NCBI RefSeq assembly: GCF_002571385.2
Contig: NW_019218437.1
Location: 31,606-95,605 of the forward strand
From: Stylophora pistillata
Lineage: Eukaryota
Length of the DNA stretch: 64,000 nt
Direction: 5' to 3'
The position numbers and the translations under genes were made by a program. Within the stretch, counting starts at the first letter, position 1. Each line of letters opens with the position of its first letter. Below, piece after piece: positions 63,101 through 64,000 of this stretch. Under the pieces are notes generated by a model. The model was not told the DNA's origin, searched no databases, and saw nothing but the letters and a program-made list of their open reading frames with translations.

Positions 63101-63299
63101 AGTTCTACCTCTTTCACATTCTTTGCAGCTCTCAGATTTAGTTTCATTTGCATAAAATCCAGAAGGGCATGGCTGTGGACTGGCAGTGATCAAAAGAGGA
63201 CAAAAAAATCCAACAGGACATTCATAACATGACATGCTTGCTTCAGAAGCAAAATATCCTCTTCCACATGGTACAGGGGCCTCACTCTTATTAGTGCAT
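8983..63299 (-). CDS. Giant Cys-rich (GCC2_GCC3/ephrin-receptor-like repeat) type I transmembrane protein with coiled-coil tail; about 68 exons and 22.9 kb of coding sequence in the window; 5' end outside the window; contains 7 in-frame stops (recoded or disabled allele)
   Basis: Consecutive minus-strand exons with GT-AG boundaries and matching phases translate as CPxGxYC/CxxGTY repeats from 63299 to about 19960. Then come a juxtamembrane domain, a TM exon and coiled-coil exons, ending KKIKK* at 8983. Confidence 0.9.
10835..10885 (-). mobile_element. Fragment of the Penelope-associated repeat family, next to an assembly gap
   Basis: ccaccgtaagagagtttaaaagct is the reverse complement of the motif following the hammerhead-like core at about 37818-37840. 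Confidence 0.45.
12830..13105 (-). mobile_element. tRNA-derived SINE (family A), abutting a gap
   Basis: Near-identical to 14105-14383; pol III A and B boxes on the minus strand. Confidence 0.85.
13106..14000. other. Assembly gap (others at 10892-10912, 35451-35540 partly called, and 49004-49676)
   Basis: Runs of N. The exons on either side of each gap splice in phase, so no missing exon is required. Confidence 0.98.
14001..14383 (-). mobile_element. tRNA-derived SINE (family A), apparently full length with (TAAA)n tail
   Basis: tRNA-like head at about 14310-14383, conserved body, and a (TAAA)-type tail at 14001-14025 on the minus strand. Confidence 0.85.
17455..17772. mobile_element. Non-autonomous hairpin-ended DNA element (family B, possibly Crypton-like)
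   Basis: Internal inverted repeat cttattaaccaagc...gcttggttaataag. Three copies in the window (17455, 23588, 41168). Confidence 0.8.
18433..18620 (-). CDS. Transmembrane-helix exon of the giant gene
   Basis: Translates PQNLSPDWAVIWGMIVFMLVCIIMLVIAVIIWRPKSVGRFPVRALRPKYK: a hydrophobic stretch of about 24 aa followed by basic residues (positive-inside rule). Flanked by tttag and gtaag. Confidence 0.9.
19963..63299 (-). CDS. Ectodomain-coding exons of the giant gene: tandem Cys-rich repeats, including a ~2.96 kb exon at about 29439-32402 and a ~1.2 kb exon at about 39086-40285
   Basis: ORF track and manual translation show recurring CPAGxYCP..G...P..CP.GT[YF]N...G....C..C..G.YC...G...P.G.C..G.[YF]C units, with many NxS/T sequons. 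Confidence 0.92.
22280..22593. mobile_element. Non-autonomous element with a terminal ~115 bp hairpin (possibly Crypton-like)
   Basis: aacaattattccac..gttggatatgagatgat..gccaac / gttggc..atcatctcatatccaac..gtggaataattgtt is an imperfect palindrome. Confidence 0.7.
23588..23823. mobile_element. Family B element, internally deleted copy
   Basis: Matches the 17455 copy but lacks the segment between the two cgagggccg direct repeats. Confidence 0.8.
25240..25444 (-). mobile_element. SINE family A, 5'-truncated
   Basis: Body matches 14110-14310; the tRNA head is absent. Confidence 0.8.
25541..26334. mobile_element. PIF/Harbinger-like (PHIS) non-autonomous transposon
   Basis: TIRs AGAGACCTTAAGATAC..GAAATCGGTGTAC / GTACACCGATTTC..GTATCTTAAGGTCTCT, with a 3-bp AAT TSD on both sides. 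Internal 21-bp tandem repeat (gtttacccggggtagacacca) at about 25643-25693. Confidence 0.8.
27900..28204 (+). mobile_element. Element with a tRNA-Thr(AGT)-like core flanked by 54-bp direct repeats
   Basis: Direct repeats 27900-27953 and 28151-28204 differ at 1 position. The core 28012-28084 folds as a degenerate cloverleaf. Confidence 0.75.
28012..28084 (+). pseudogene. tRNA-Thr(AGT)-like pseudo-tRNA within a repeat
   Basis: Acceptor GGCTTGT/ACAGGCC, D-arm GCTC-AATTGGTA-GAGC, anticodon loop CTAGTAT. The T-arm is degenerate (TTTGAGT, poor stem). Confidence 0.6.
35180..36247. mobile_element. PIF/Harbinger-like non-autonomous transposon
   Basis: TIRs AGGGAGCTTACGAATCGATGACTT / AAGTCATCGATTCTTAAGCTACCT, flanks ACT/GCT, and gacgac-rich subterminal motifs. 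Confidence 0.7.
37543..37902 (+). mobile_element. 5'-truncated Penelope-like retroelement with a minimal hammerhead-like motif
   Basis: Encodes PNHFKQHMAICGLSLHLGSTESRNNLEQKLVFQTSSLNPTEINERFSFH*, resembling the C-terminal end of a Penelope GIY-YIG ORF. 12-bp TSD TGAAGAAAACTA at 37531-37542 and 37903-37914. Hammerhead-like core at 37787-37820. Confidence 0.75.
41168..41482. mobile_element. Family B element, opposite orientation
   Basis: Reverse complement of the 17455 copy. Confidence 0.8.
42475..42858. mobile_element. Hairpin-ended non-autonomous element (family C)
   Basis: About 195 bp imperfect palindrome at 42662-42857 (aaacaccacagcgtacactattgagttatggatgcac...gtgcatccataactcaatagtgtacgctgtggtgttt). 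A degenerate inverted copy lies at about 46095-46380. Confidence 0.75.
44855..45065 (+). mobile_element. SINE family A, 5'-truncated
   Basis: Reverse complement of the body of the 14001 copy. Confidence 0.8.
46095..46380. mobile_element. Family C element, degenerate
   Basis: Shares aagaagctagagtc..ctct and ctcaata..gctgtggtgttta with 42475-42858, plus the reverse complement of 42480-42565. Confidence 0.6.
51365..52049. mobile_element. Kolobok-like non-autonomous DNA transposon with ~200 bp TIRs
   Basis: TTAA on both sides (51361-64, 52050-53). TIRs begin GGTTAC..CACCTTCAGGGGTGTCTC and extend about 200 bp. A TTAA TSD with purine-starting TIRs fits Kolobok rather than piggyBac. Confidence 0.8.
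53235..53900 (-). mobile_element. Possible degenerate LINE (CR1/L2-like) 3' fragment
   Basis: Minus strand shows AATAAA followed by a short (CTA)-type tail near 53240-53257 and a weak F.G.WN.L..DLK remnant. Confidence 0.3.
56915..57860. repeat. Minisatellite, ~60 bp unit, about 15 copies
   Basis: Unit gatgagttgtc(t/c)gtaccgagtactaaggtactaacgtactaaacaaatgaa(g/t)aacaagcc repeated in tandem. Confidence 0.93.
58120..58140 (+). repeat. Short interstitial (TTAGGG)3 tract
   Basis: gggttagggttagggttagg. Confidence 0.8.
58371..58722. mobile_element. MITE with 36-bp imperfect TIRs
   Basis: tggtttcacaacctgtggtgtaatccagctgttaag ... cttgacagctggattacaccccatgttgagaaacca. Confidence 0.7.
59540..59985. 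repeat. Tandem repeat, ~100-110 bp unit, about 4 copies
   Basis: Recurring cagtcctttaatcgaa..ctagtacg..caagtcattcatg..gttagtaagctagtac. Confidence 0.8.
60332..60418. repeat. Near-perfect 87-bp palindrome
   Basis: aaggcaaggtgagaaaaatattttgggggccaca...tgtggcccccaaaatatttttctcaccttgcctt, with an extra ccaca duplication in the left arm. Confidence 0.9.
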
Positions 63300-64000
63300 C
63301 TATTGAAAATATTACAATAGTACACACTGTTAATATGCAGATTAAGTTGGTACAAAAAGAAAACAACAACAGACAAGTAAAACCACCCATATATAACTAA
63401 AGCAATTGCTCAATCCCAAGTTTAAACCTCATTAAAATGTTAATTAAAAACATAAATTTTAACTTATTTCCACTTTAAATAAGACACTAATAGTACACCA
63501 TCCAATGTCATCATTTTAAAAGAATCCACCTAGAATCTTCACTTTCTATCCAGGTGTTTGGGCAAGAATAACAAATGTTTAAAAATTTTAAGGGACATGT
63601 TAAAAAAAAAAAAACATATCACTGTGAGGGTACTGAGTATGAGGCATCTTAACAGTCACAGACTTTTGAAGATAGAAATCTCCAGCACTATCATACTAAC
63701 TGGATGAAAAAATAAATGAATGAATGAATGCACAAATGAAGTGAGTTTCAATAGACTGTTGAACAATTTGGTGATTTAACCAGCATGTCCTTGGACTGAC
63801 TAGAGGACACCATGTCACATAACTCACCATAATATTGATAAGCTGTTAAAAATCTGCCAAATTATATGAGCAGATGATATGAATGCAGTATGACGTCAAC
63901 ACATCTAAGAAGTTTTAATGTAAAGAAGAACAAACAAATGCTTCGATAAAGAATGGATGATGACGTCAGTGGACAGTTATAATGCAGCTTGCATCTGTGA

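Overview
Intron-rich, AT-rich animal genomic DNA, probably a stony coral (inferred from the repeat families). Three protein genes are present. (1) The 3' 13 exons of IFT57 (+, 578-3723). (2) A complete 3-exon PRD-class homeobox gene (+, 6241-8420) with a Shox-like homeodomain, an eh1 motif and an OAR motif. (3) A giant minus-strand gene (8983 to >63299, 5' end outside the window; about 68 exons and roughly 7,600 codons by my manual splice). It encodes a type I membrane protein: thousands of residues of Cys-rich GCC2_GCC3/ephrin-receptor-like repeats, a furin-type RRRRR site, one TM helix, a long coiled-coil cytoplasmic tail and a terminal domain with a degenerate zincin-like HCLAH motif. Main observation: this gene keeps GT-AG splice sites and reading frame throughout, with no frameshift found, yet carries seven in-frame stop codons. 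Four are TGA exactly at conserved cysteine positions; the others are one TGA in the coiled coil, one TAG and one TAA. It is either a Sec/Cys-recoded or readthrough gene, a gene rescued by exon skipping, or a very recently disabled allele. Introns carry tRNA-derived SINEs, several non-autonomous DNA transposons, a truncated Penelope-like element with a hammerhead-like motif, a tRNA-Thr-core direct-repeat element, palindromes and minisatellites. There are four assembly gaps.
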